Origin: an uncultured virus (IMG/VR IMGVR_UViG_3300037067_010746)
Taxonomy: Duplodnaviria > Heunggongvirae > Uroviricota > Caudoviricetes
IMG/VR virus record: IMGVR_UViG_3300037067_010746
Strand: one strand, 5' to 3'
Length of the DNA: 64,000 bases
The stretch's first letter is position 1. Each line of letters starts with the position of its first letter. The notes beneath the pieces are model-generated. The model was not told the origin of the DNA and searched no databases. It saw only the letters and a list, made by a program, of their open reading frames with translations. The position numbers and the translations under genes are program-made. This document shows, one piece after another, positions 21,149-33,800 of the stretch.

Positions 21149-22363
21149 ATGAAAAAGAAAGTTAGAATATTTAATCGAGCATTAACAGCTGATCCTATTA
21201 ATGAAACTGCAACAGTTATCGATACTAAATTTAAAAGTCCATTTGAACAAGTTATTGAAGATAAATTCAATATTAAATCATCATTACCAAAACAAAATAT
21301 TGCTGCAATAGATAATAACACACAAGGAGTAAATGATAAATTTGATTATCTATTTAAACAACCAATAAAAGATAATTTGTCTAATATGGAAATTATGCAA
21401 CCAGATATAGCAAATCTTGCAAAAGCAAATCCACCTATTATAGAACAATCTACAATTTCTGATAATACTTGGAAACCTGAAAACTTTGCTGGGATGTTAA
21501 ATTTAGGAAAAGAAATAACTACTAATCCAAATTTTCAAACTCCATATGAACAAATTGCTCAGAATAAAATTGAAAATGGAACTATTCAAGTACCACCAAC
21601 TAATCCACAAAATAATATCGCATCTAATACTTTAAATACAGTTACGACCCAACAACAACCAAATTCTGAACTTGAGAAATCAAATCAGAAACCAGAAGGA
21701 GTAGATAATGAAACATGGGCATTATATCAAGAGATGAGTGGTATATCTAAACAGCAAACTACATTAGATGCATTACGTGGATTAGAATATTTATCAAATG
21801 CAATAGCTGCTCAAAATCAACCGAGAAGTAGAGGATTTGAGGCTCCCGTATTATCTTACACTCCGACACCATCGTCACGAGATAGAGATTTATCTGAATT
21901 AAGAAGACAAGCAAGTTCAGAAGAAGCTAAGGTAATTAATACTTTGCAAGAATCCGGAATGGTTGACAACATTACAGCTGCTATGGCAGATGTAATGGGA
22001 AGAACTCAATTAGGTAAATATCAAATTGGAACAAATGAATTAAATCGTCAAGGTGCTGAAGCACAAAGAAGAGATGCTTATGCTAATGCTCAAAGTGAAG
22101 CAACTACTAATATCCAAAATAAGAATATCGAAAAGGTTATGGGAGAGAATGCTGCTCTTGGTGCCGAATATACTGGCAATATGGAAAACTTCTTTAGAAC
22201 TGCAACGGATATCAATAGACAACGAACAGAACGTTCTATGATTAAAAATCTCGCTCTTGGTCCAAATGCTCGAGAAGATTTACGAGGAAAATTTAAAGCT
22301 GATTATGGTTTTGCACAACGAAGCAAACAAAAAAATACGTCTATAGAAAATAATTCATATTAA
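21149..22363 (+). CDS. Putative ejection/cargo protein
   Basis: 404 aa, Q/N-rich, Cys-free, helical C-terminal half, in the cargo gene block. Confidence 0.55.
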   Translation: MKKKVRIFNRALTADPINETATVIDTKFKSPFEQVIEDKFNIKSSLPKQNIAAIDNNTQGVNDKFDYLFKQPIKDNLSNMEIMQPDIANLAKANPPIIEQSTISDNTWKPENFAGMLNLGKEITTNPNFQTPYEQIAQNKIENGTIQVPPTNPQNNIASNTLNTVTTQQQPNSELEKSNQKPEGVDNETWALYQEMSGISKQQTTLDALRGLEYLSNAIAAQNQPRSRGFEAPVLSYTPTPSSRDRDLSELRRQASSEEAKVINTLQESGMVDNITAAMADVMGRTQLGKYQIGTNELNRQGAEAQRRDAYANAQSEATTNIQNKNIEKVMGENAALGAEYTGNMENFFRTATDINRQRTERSMIKNLALGPNAREDLRGKFKADYGFAQRSKQKNTSIENNSY

Positions 22364-22374
22364 AATATAAGGAT

Positions 22375-24864
22375 ATGCCAATATTTGGAAGACAACGAGG
22401 TGGGCAGATGTTATTCACCCAACCACAACTAAGAGAAGATACAAAATATTCTCAAGCTTCTTACATGGGGCTATTAAGTAATCAACGAAAACCATCAGGT
22501 TATATGTATGATGATGTTGAACCATTGAAAGCGAACAGTCTTCAAGGTATTAATAATGACATAGCAATGGAATCAAATCGTATTGCATCAACTGCTGATC
22601 ATTATGCTGGACAAATGAGTAAAATTGTTAATGATGCCGGTGGCCAAACTCGAATGAATGAACAACAAATGGCAGAATTTAATGCTTATGGCAATAGAAT
22701 GGCAGAACTTCAACGAAGAAAATTAAGTCTCGAATCTACGATAAGCGAAGGAGATGCATATTTAACTGAATGGATTAAAGAACAAGATGATTCGAAAAAA
22801 GTTAAAGATGATGTTTCTGTTAGTTCTGCTCCTAAGAGTGACATCTATGTTCCAGATACAATGCAATATAAAGATATTAATAATAATATTGCTGTATCTC
22901 CTATCAATGTGGCAACAAAACTTAAAAAGAAAAAGTATGAGGCGCGTTTGACTTATGATGAGAAAGAACAATCATATGCACTTAATCCTTATGAAGCTGG
23001 AGATAATTATGATTATACTGGTTCATATCAAAAACATATGACTGACTTATTTGCTTCTGCTGATAATCAATATTCTAATAGTTATACAAACTTAGATGTT
23101 GATAAAGTTTATTCGGTAGATCCAAAAACAAATTCTATTAATGTTACTGGAAACGGAGTAATGCTTGCAGCTTTCTTGAAAAATTCGCAGTATGCAACAG
23201 ATGCTCGTGCCATAGCAGCTGTAAAAGATAAATTATTTTCAATGTTAAAACAAGATAATAATGCGATGAAAGATTTAGGTGTTCAAGTTGCAGAACAATT
23301 ATATTCTGATTATGCTAATCTTTATACAAAAACAAGAGAAGCTACTTCAGAAGATATTGCAGATGGACGTAATGTCTTTTATCCAAAAGATAAAAATGGT
23401 AAAACTACTCCAACTGTTGCTGCAAATGAAGATGAAGAAAAAGTAGTAATGAAGATGTTAAATGAAGGTAGTGAAAATTTAGATATGAATGATTTAAATG
23501 TATATAGTAGATTACAAGAGAATTTTGTATTTAAAAATGCTCAAGCACTTGAAGGCATTTATGAATCTGATAAATTAGATGTATCATATCAAAAATTATC
23601 ATTAGCTGACCTCGGTGGTTCTGGAGGAGATAATTTTATTGATTTATCTAATATGAGAACAAACCTTAATTCGCCACAATATATAGAAGCCATTTCTGAT
23701 GCTGAGGGAACAACACAAACAGAAAATGTTCAATCTTATGATGATGATGGGAATCCAATAAATTTTGCGGCACCTGTTCCTGTTATAAACTATACTGGAA
23801 CTATGCAAAATATTATTAAAGAAGATAATGAAGTAGGCGTTGCATCGAAATTATCAAAATTAGAAAGCGGAGTTGATCAAGATCCCAATACATTTGGAGG
23901 AATTCAGCCTGAGGAATATGCTGCGATTTTAGCAGGATTACCTACGTATAATGATTTAAGTGCAACAGATAATGAACTTATTTCAATAAATGGAACGATT
24001 ATAAATTTTGCAGATGCAGGTGCTCCAGTATATTTATTCAAACGTAATGCAAAGGATGTATGGAGACCATCTATGAGAATCGCGAATAACCATTTACAGA
24101 ATTTTAATATGAAGGAAGGGGATAAGACTAGACTTCAAACGGCAAGTGTTTCTGTTGTAATGACTGATACTCAAGCAAAGAAATTAGTATTTGGAAAACA
24201 AAGCGTACCAAATAAACCAGAAACTAAATCTTTTGTATATAAACCTTCAGATTGGGAAGTTATTATAGATAATAAGGTTGCCTTTAATAATCCTAATGAA
24301 TACCTTGCAAATAAGACCAAATATAATGATGATGAACTAACAAGACAGTTAACTCTTTCTCAAGAACTTCAATCAAAAGATCCTAATGTAGTAGCTGCAG
24401 CGAAAATAAAAGCAAAGACACAACTTGGAGAATTTAATAAATATGCAAATAATACGAATGTTTATATCCGGAATAAAAATACTGGTGCAACTGTTCCTGT
24501 AGATAAATCAATTAATGATAAAACATCACCGTGGATTGAAGATTCTGTTTATTCTGCAGAAGTAACAACATGGCATAATAAAGATTTAACATTTGATGGA
24601 ATGTCACCACAAGAAAAAGCAGATTTTGGATTAAAGAAAATTACTGAGGTTGATACTTACGGTCGAAATATAGACCTTTGGACAATTGAAGGATATATGC
24701 CTATGGGTTCTGTTGGTACTGGTGACCCAAAAGATGCTGGCAATAAATTTATGGGAAACAGATTAAAAGGAGCTTTAGCTGCTGGAGATGTCGCTGCACA
24801 AGAAAGACAAGATGAAGCTATAAGAAAAGCTAATCTTGCGAAAAACTTTGAAATTAAGAAATAA
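22375..24864 (+). CDS. Putative ejection/cargo protein
   Basis: 829 aa, Cys-free, directly upstream of the giant RNAP gene. Confidence 0.55.
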   Translation: MPIFGRQRGGQMLFTQPQLREDTKYSQASYMGLLSNQRKPSGYMYDDVEPLKANSLQGINNDIAMESNRIASTADHYAGQMSKIVNDAGGQTRMNEQQMAEFNAYGNRMAELQRRKLSLESTISEGDAYLTEWIKEQDDSKKVKDDVSVSSAPKSDIYVPDTMQYKDINNNIAVSPINVATKLKKKKYEARLTYDEKEQSYALNPYEAGDNYDYTGSYQKHMTDLFASADNQYSNSYTNLDVDKVYSVDPKTNSINVTGNGVMLAAFLKNSQYATDARAIAAVKDKLFSMLKQDNNAMKDLGVQVAEQLYSDYANLYTKTREATSEDIADGRNVFYPKDKNGKTTPTVAANEDEEKVVMKMLNEGSENLDMNDLNVYSRLQENFVFKNAQALEGIYESDKLDVSYQKLSLADLGGSGGDNFIDLSNMRTNLNSPQYIEAISDAEGTTQTENVQSYDDDGNPINFAAPVPVINYTGTMQNIIKEDNEVGVASKLSKLESGVDQDPNTFGGIQPEEYAAILAGLPTYNDLSATDNELISINGTIINFADAGAPVYLFKRNAKDVWRPSMRIANNHLQNFNMKEGDKTRLQTASVSVVMTDTQAKKLVFGKQSVPNKPETKSFVYKPSDWEVIIDNKVAFNNPNEYLANKTKYNDDELTRQLTLSQELQSKDPNVVAAAKIKAKTQLGEFNKYANNTNVYIRNKNTGATVPVDKSINDKTSPWIEDSVYSAEVTTWHNKDLTFDGMSPQEKADFGLKKITEVDTYGRNIDLWTIEGYMPMGSVGTGDPKDAGNKFMGNRLKGALAAGDVAAQERQDEAIRKANLAKNFEIKK

Positions 24865-24891
24865 GAATTATAACCATTAGAAATTATAGTT

Positions 24892-27800
24892 ATGCCAAAA
24901 GAAACTCAAAATCAAGTTAGTCCTTCAACCGGACAACCACAAAATACTGAAGAACAAAGTCCACGAAAATTGGACTTATTCTCTGCAATGATGGACTCAG
25001 GATATACTCCTGATCAAATATTACAATCTGTTCCCGATGGATTTGATCTTAGTCTTGGTTCTGCTGAATCATATAAAGATAAATATGGAGATAAGTTTAA
25101 AACAGAAGAAGAGTTCAATGATTTCCATACATTAGCTGGAGAAGCTGTAAATGTTTATAATAATAATAAAGCAAGTTATGGGAACTTTGCTTTAAGTGGT
25201 GCTGAAACTCACGGTGTAGGAATAGGCAGAAGTGATTTTGGGAAGTCTGGGAATAAAATAGTTTATAAAGAAACCGATCCTGTATTTGAATCTTTTATTA
25301 GTGCAAAAACTGGTAAATATGAATCATACTTCTCACGACCCGAACAAGCTACTTTAAGAAACTTTTATGTTGATGAAACTCTCCAATCTACAACGGGTGA
25401 TAAAATCGTTCCAACATCACCTACATATGCAGAGAGACAATCAAAAAACTTTCTATTAAAAACAGATTCAGAAGGAAAACCATATTGGGCTTTATCTGAT
25501 GCATCCAATCCATCATATGAATATCAGAAAGCAAATGCTTGGGGAGATCCTGAGAAATATGCAAATGGTATCATGGATAGAGCTATAGATGCAATTGGAG
25601 GATTTGCAACATCGGCAGCAGTTGAGACGGTCCAATTAATTCCTCAATTAATGATTATGGGTGCAGATGTACTTGGTCGAGAAGATACATCAAAAGATGA
25701 ATTAGAACAACAACGGAAAGCAAGTGGATATGATAAGTTAACAAGTTTCGTAAATACATTAGAGAGATATAAATATGTACCATCAGAAGAAGTTCAGAAT
25801 GGAAGTGTATTTGATATGGGTGCAAGTACTCTTTATAGTTTTGGTCAAGGATTAGGTTATTTATTACCTCAACGTTGGGCAGCATCTGGAGCATCAGCAT
25901 TAACTAAGGGCTTATCTCAGACAACATATAAAGGTGTTCGTCAAGCAATGTACAAGGGTATCTTTAAAAAAGCATTAGATGGTGCAGTTGGCGAAGCTAT
26001 AGCTAAGAAATTTGTAGGCTCTGAGGTTCGTTCGATTCAACAAGTCGCAGCAATGAGAACCGCAATGTTATTTGGGGCAATACAACCTACTGGAGATATA
26101 TATCGTCAAGCAAGAGCAAATGGTCTTGATCCGCAAGATGCAGCAGCAATAGGATTATTTGCTACCTTACCAGTATATTTAACAGAAAAAATATTTGATG
26201 TTGATTGGTTAACGAAAGGATTATATAAGCCTGTAGATAAAGTATGGACTAAAGCAATGGAAGATACTTTTGAAAATTATCAAAAAACAGGAATGATAAA
26301 CCAATTAAAAAATGAAATTGGTCAAATGAAGTTCGTAAATAAGGTATTTAATAAATTTCAAAAAGGGATAAGTAAAGCAGGAAAATTAGGAGAGATTACA
26401 AAAAAAGGATGGAATGCGTTACCGGAAGTTGCTCGTATTCCTAAAGGAATAGTTGAGGGTGGTTCTAAAGAGTTTGCTCAAGAATACTCCGAAGAGATGT
26501 TAAATGCGTTTACAGAAATAGCTTATGATAATATAATTGCATCAGATAAACAACCTGGACAAGGTGCCTTTGGAACGACTTGGGAACAAACTAAAGAGAG
26601 GGCATTAACTGGTGGATTTATGGGAATGCTTGTAGGTGGTGCTACTGGAGTTTTTATTAATGGTCATGAAGATATATCTAAAGATAGAGAACAAACAGTA
26701 TTTTCAGTTATAGCCGAAGGAGCTGCAAAAGGTGGAGACAAAGGAGCAATGGATGCTTATGAAAGTTTGAGAAATCGGACAATGGATGCTTATACTAATG
26801 GAGAATTTAGTGATCAATATCTCGACCCTCAAGGCAATCCAATAGATGTCAATGCTCCTGATAATGGATTTAAAGCAGAAATTGAAGTTCCAGGATTAAA
26901 AGATGGTATAGTTCGGACTATGGCTGATTTGAATTATTATTCAATGATGATGCAACTTGAAGAGGGATTAAAATTATATAAAGAAGCTGGATTTAATGAT
27001 CCTGATTTAATTAATGCCGTAGGTCAATCTGATGAATTCATGGTAGAGACTATGAAAAATGTTAAAAGTCAGAATGAAGTAAAATCAAAAATTTCAACAA
27101 GTGAAGAAAAACTTCTTGGATTAAAAGATACAGATGCAGAATATACTGCTACTCAAAAAGAGATTGAATTATCTCAAAAAGAATTAACTACATTAAAAGA
27201 AGATTATAATGCTCTGACTAAACCAGAAGAAGGAACTAAATATTCTAAACGTGTTAATGATAAAGTTAAAGCTGTACGTGTTCGTTCTCAAGCTGCAAGA
27301 GATGTTACAAATAAATATTTTCAAGATAAAAAAGGTATTTCTGTAGATAAGAAATTTGAAGAGACAGAAGAATATCGAAAACAATATATAAAGAATATGC
27401 GATTAATGGAAGACCACTATGCGGCTTCTAAACATATTGATAATATATTTAATGAACATCTTGATGAGATAAAAAAAGAAAATGAAATAAAACAATCTGA
27501 GAGAGATACATCTATAGAAGATATCAATAAACTCATAGAAACTTTTACGGGTAAAAATATTACTACTGATAATTTCAAATCAGAAGTAACTAAAATGACT
27601 AATGACTTAAATAAAATTACTTCAGGTAATCTTGATTTTGAGTTGGCTCCAGAAATTAAACAAAGTTATCAGTCAGCTGTAGAAAGTGTTAATAAAAGAA
27701 TGTCTGATACATATCATGAAGCAAGTAAGAAATTTGGACTTGAAGATGAATCATTTCAAGATATAGAATCAGCAAGAGAAAGTTTCAGAGATCAATCTAA

Positions 27801-30800
27801 AAGTTTAACCGATAAAATAAATAATCCATTAGATCAAGGTGTTTATTCTATTGGAGATGATATAACAGCAACATCAGAAACTAATAAGGATACACGTGTT
27901 GAAGGTGTTATTATGGGAGTATCAGAAGATTCAAATTTTAAATCTCCTGAAGGTATAAAATACAAAGTTAAACTCACTAATGGAGAAGAAAAGATTTTAG
28001 GGAGTAATGATTTGTTAAAATCACAAAATCTTGAAGTAGATGAAAATAAAGAGTTTCATAAATTCTTAATTGATAATTTATATCAACAATACAATACTTT
28101 AAGAATACTTATAAAAGACCAAAAAGGTGCTGGTAGTCGTGTTGAGGAACTGCAGTCAATGATTGATAATATTGGAAATAGTATCGAATTATTTGAAACT
28201 GGTGCTCGTGCAAAAAATGTACTTCATAATGATGAGTATTCTAAGGAACATATGTTAAAAGGAGAACGTACTCTTGATACTAAAACTTATGAATCATTAC
28301 TAAATGGATATGCTGAATTAAAAATTGCAACAAAGGAACTTGATGACGATTTGCAGAAATTAACTGGAGCAAATTCTACATTTAGTTTTAGAGCAAGACA
28401 AGCACATCATCGTGCAAATTCATTCTCATTATTAAGTATGGTTGAAAATGGATTTGAAAAATCTTTTGCAGATATAGGAATATCTGATTTAATTAAAGAT
28501 TTACCAGATGTGAAAATTGTAGATACTGATGTTGTTATAACAGAAGAACAGAAATCTGAAAGTATGTTCCTTGAAAAACGATTAAATGAAATCTATGATG
28601 TTATATATAGAGAAAGAGATAAGATCTTCAAAACATCTAATATTCGTGATTATTTAAAGAAAACATTTTTGGTAGATAAACCGAAAGTGTTTTATCAGTT
28701 TTCACAAGAAGCTTCAGGACGAACAAAATATAATGTAGAAGACTTTGCAAATATTCGTGATAAAGATGCTTATTCTGATCCATTATATTATATCTCGACA
28801 GTAAATTTATTAATGAGAATGCATGGTGTAAATATGAATGAGTTTCAAAATACTCGTTATAGTATATTCTCTGATATAACCAAAAATGTTTCAAGTTATG
28901 AACAACAAATATCAGAAGCACAAACAGTAGCTTTTCTTAATACCGGAACTGAATTACTTGAAAAGATTATAACTATTGAAAAGGATTATAATAAAAGAAC
29001 AATGTCTTCAGAAGAAATCGAAAGTGCTGTTGGTCATTTTATCAAAGATTCTATAATGATACAAGGTTGGTATGGTACTGGTAAAACATATCAAGTCTTG
29101 CCTAATGCATTAAAAATTTATACTGAATTATTTGGAGTAGAATTAAATACTGGAATTGCTGGCATATCACAAGCTATAATTGATAATGTATCTAATGATT
29201 TAAAGAAAAATCATGATATTGAAGCTCTTAAGTTACAAGATTTAAATGTTTCTGCTATTCTTGATGGTACTACGGATTTATCTAAATTAGATTTGATAAT
29301 ATGGGATGAAGCTTCCTTCCTTAGTAAAGAAAATGTTTTAACATTACAACAAAAGTTAAAAGATAATAATACTAAAATTATATTTCTTGGTGATGAGTCG
29401 CAAATGATACCTGTAGATTCTGGAGAAGTAAAAAGATGGGCTGCTCAAGTTGGGATAAAAACAACTCCATTAACAAATATCTATAGAAATGATAATCCTA
29501 TTATACAAGGATTAGCTAAATGGATGATTGATGGTTATACTAAAAATAATAGGACAGATTTTCTTGCACAAGAAGATCCTATCCCTTCTTATTGGACAGA
29601 AGTTGATGAACAAAAAAGAAGACATGGTGTTCAGTTTATAGCGAATGAAACTGGTAAATATAATAAAGGAATTATAAAAGAATTTCTTAGTCGAGGAATT
29701 GATTTTGATACAGTATTAATATTTGTTGATCATGAACAATATCAAGAAGCCTTAAAAGACTTCCCAGAATTAGGAACATCTGAATTAAGTAGTAGAGTAA
29801 AAACTCTTGATTGGGTAAATTCAAAAGTTGAACCAGGTTGTGTTCAAGGATTAGGATTTGATGAAGTGTATGTTGCTATTGATTTTCAAAATTGGAAAAA
29901 TAATAGTTCTCGTATTGTGCAAAATGATTTAGCATGGGCGGCAGCATATACTGCAATTTCAAGAGCAAAAAAATATGTTGCTCTTCCTGGACCTATATCC
30001 GCGAAATATAAATCAAAACCTATTTTCTTTAAGACTACCGAAACGAAGTCTACTACTAAACAAGATGAACAAATACAATTGGTACGTTCACAACGTATAG
30101 AAGAAGAGAAAGTTTTTATTACGGGTTCTATTGTATCTGAAACATTTAATCCTAACGAAGAGGCGACTTTTACAAAGAAATCGAGTAATACTACCAATCG
30201 TAAAGATAATGTCGCAAATGCAAAGAAATCAACCAAAAAACAAACGATAGATGAGCAGTTAAATCCAAATGAAGTCATTAATGATTCTGACTGGGATATT
30301 TATGATAAACGTCAAGATATTTCTGATGAATTATTAAATACTATTGCTGATAAAGTTTATAACGATTCTCCTCTTACAATAAGAGAAAGAGAAATGGCAA
30401 ATTATTTCTCATCATTGATAGATGAAATAAATTCTAATATTAATGATGAAGAGGTTATAAAACCAAAATCAAAACGGAAATCTAAAATTAAAAAAGCTGA
30501 GACGAAAGAAGAAGAAGTTGTTGTTATCGATAATCAAACTCAAAATTATTTTCCATTAGGGAATGCATATGTAGATAAAACTACGGGAGAATTAGCATAT
30601 CCAACATCATATGGAACTAAAGGTAAATATCCTGTTATTAAAGTAAATGGAGTTTGGGTTAGAATAGAGGATTTTAATAGAAGATATGACGTTGCAAGTT
30701 CATCTAACTTATTAACAGAAGACTTAAATAATATTACGCGATTTAGAGCTTCGCATGATGTTATGAAGAAAAGAAACAATACGGTTGCTTGGGGAACAAC

Positions 30801-33800
30801 ATATACATTCGTGACAGATAATTTACCTTCAGGTAAAGATGTACATGAAGAGGCTTTAAAGAAACAAGTCATTAGTCACTATCTTCTAAATATGAGTAAT
30901 ATTCCTAAAACTCTTGTATATGCAAAAACAGGAAACTTATATGAAGCAAAAAGACCCGGAAAGGATTTATTGTTAGTTAAAATTAAACCTGATGCTATTA
31001 CTATGGCAAGAATTATTGAAACCTTTAAAGGGATGATAGATAAAGCTAAAGGAATAGAAAAAATTGCATTACAAGAAATAATTAAAAGTAAAACAATACC
31101 AGAAAATTATACGTACTTAATGGCATTGGCTGATACTGAGGCATCTTATTTATTAGATGGAGAAAAGAATGTAATAAATGCTTATACGGCTCCATTAAAT
31201 GAAATTCATAAAGTTATAGAACAAGGATTTCAAGATACAACAGAAGGAAATACTGATATTGATGATAGTAATATTAAGATAAATCAAACACTTGCTTCAT
31301 TAAGACATCTTGGATTCCAGCGTTCTCAAACAGAAGGGAATTATGTTGAACTTGGAGTTATTAATGATATAACTGATATTAATCAAGGTGTTACTATTTA
31401 TGGTAGTGGGAAGAAATTACTTTCTGATTTTAAAAATACAATACAAATTGATCCTTTAAAATCAGGTATTCAGTTTTCTGATAATCTTCATCAATGGGTT
31501 ACAACTGATGGTAGAGTAAAATTAAAATTACATTACGCTTATGGTTCTCAACCAAATGCAAAAAGTCCGTATGTAGTTTTTAATACTCCATTATTAAGTG
31601 AGAGTATAAATTCAAAATCTTTATCTCAAAATCCAGTAAGTTTATTGAATGAGGATTTAAAAGCAATAAGTAATAAAGGATGGTTAAATAATTATGATGA
31701 TCCTAAAATATTTAACGAAGCAATATCTCGATTATTCGTAATGAAATTATTAGCTAATAATAAATCGTTTATAAATAATAATAGAAAAGCTCAAGGATTA
31801 TTAAAAACATTTTTCAAATTTGAATCAGGATATCCGAACATTGATAAAAATAGTATTGTCGGAAAGGTTATACGAGAGTACTTTGAATTACAAGGGAAAG
31901 AAATACGTGGTGTTGTTTTAGAAAAAGAAATATTAGGTGTTTTTATTGATAGTTTCAATCACGCATTAGCAAAAGAGAATTTAGATTTAAGTATGTATTC
32001 GGCAGTACCAAGTTACGCTCAAATGAACTTTGAAATTAAAGGCATTAAGAATATCGTTAATGAGATGAAAGCCAAAATGAATATGCCTGTAGATATATTG
32101 AGAGGTACTAAAACTCAATTTGGACGTCCAGTAATTAATAATGACTTAATCTATACAAATGCTTCCGATATCCATTTGCCTTATGCTTATGTAAATATTG
32201 ATGGAATACTTGATACAAATGATACTAAAAATAATAATACAGATAATAGTAATACTGATAGTCAAGTTTTAAAAGATATCCTTAATGGTGGTAGTATGCC
32301 AAATTTTAATAAGAAAACTATTATATCATCTGCGACAAGTAGAAGAATATCTCGAAATCAATCAGAAAATATAATTGCAAAAATACTTGGAAATGATTTT
32401 TTAAATAACAATACTGAATTTAAAGTTAATCTTGTTCATGGAACAAGTTCATTATTTGGTATGATGCGAAATGGTAAGATTGCTCTTGAATTAAATGATA
32501 AAGGTATCGAATATACGACTCCTCGACATGAGATATTCCATGTTATCTTTAATTATATGTTAGATGACAAAACAAAATCGAAACTTTTAAATGAAGTAAA
32601 AAACACTTTAGGTCGAGAAGAAATGAATGACCTTGCTGCAGAAGAATGGATGGCAAGGAAAGCTGGTAAATTAACTAATGAAGGACTTGTAAATAAATAT
32701 TCTGGGAAAGGATTACTTCAAAGATTTTTCAAATTCCTTAATAATATCTATTATAAATATGTTGCATCAACTCCAATGCTTAATGATTTACTAAATGATA
32801 TCGAATCTGGTGTTTATAGAAATCAAGCAATTATTGTTGAAGAACAAAATATAGAAAGACATCATGATCCAAATGCTGATGATGATTATGATGACACTTC
32901 ATCGATAGAATCAAATCCAATAGAAGGAGATATTCAAAATGAGGATACTGATGCTCTTGTAGATTATGCGAAAATGCCTTCAATCTTTGGTGATTATACT
33001 GGCTTTGTTAGAAAAGATATTGGTAATGCTTTTAATGAATTTTCATACTATAGTACAAATCCAAATATTTCTCATACCGGAACAATAGATAGTTATTATA
33101 GAATATTTAAAGAATTAAGTACGAAAAATTTAGAAAATGAATTAACCTCATTTGGTAAAGCATTAAAAGATGTAACTAAAGATGATGTTAATAATAGAAA
33201 ATTAAATGGTACTGATTGGGCAAATTATAAAGCATATAAATTATCAAATCCAAAAACATTCAATGCTTTTGTTAAAGACTTATTCCCTTCACTTAATATT
33301 AAAAAACTTAAAGTAGCAAAACATACATCTGCGGTTCATTATGATGATAGTACATTTAATCCTTCGGAATTAACAGGTGATCATTTGAAATTTCAATTAG
33401 AACATACGCAATTAAGAAGTTTCAAGAATAATAAACTAATGAATTGGGATGGGAAATCTTTTGTTAGTATCAATGAAATAATGAAAATTATGTCGCTTGC
33501 TCGAGAAAAGGCAAATATTAGATTTTATAATGATACAAGTCAAAATTATGAGAATACATTTATTCAAGAATTAAAACATCTTGCTGATAAAGCTGGTATT
33601 GGTTCTTATCGTTCTAATCATGTTCATAGTTTTCTTGCTAAATTCTTTGAAAGTTATTCAACAGAAAATTCTCAAGAAAATCATTTATCAATGAGAGATT
33701 TAGTAAGTGTATTGAGAAATCAAGATGAAAATATTATAGCAAATAAGAATAGAGTAATTGCTGTTCAAGGACTACTTAATCATATAGGTAATGTAAATAA

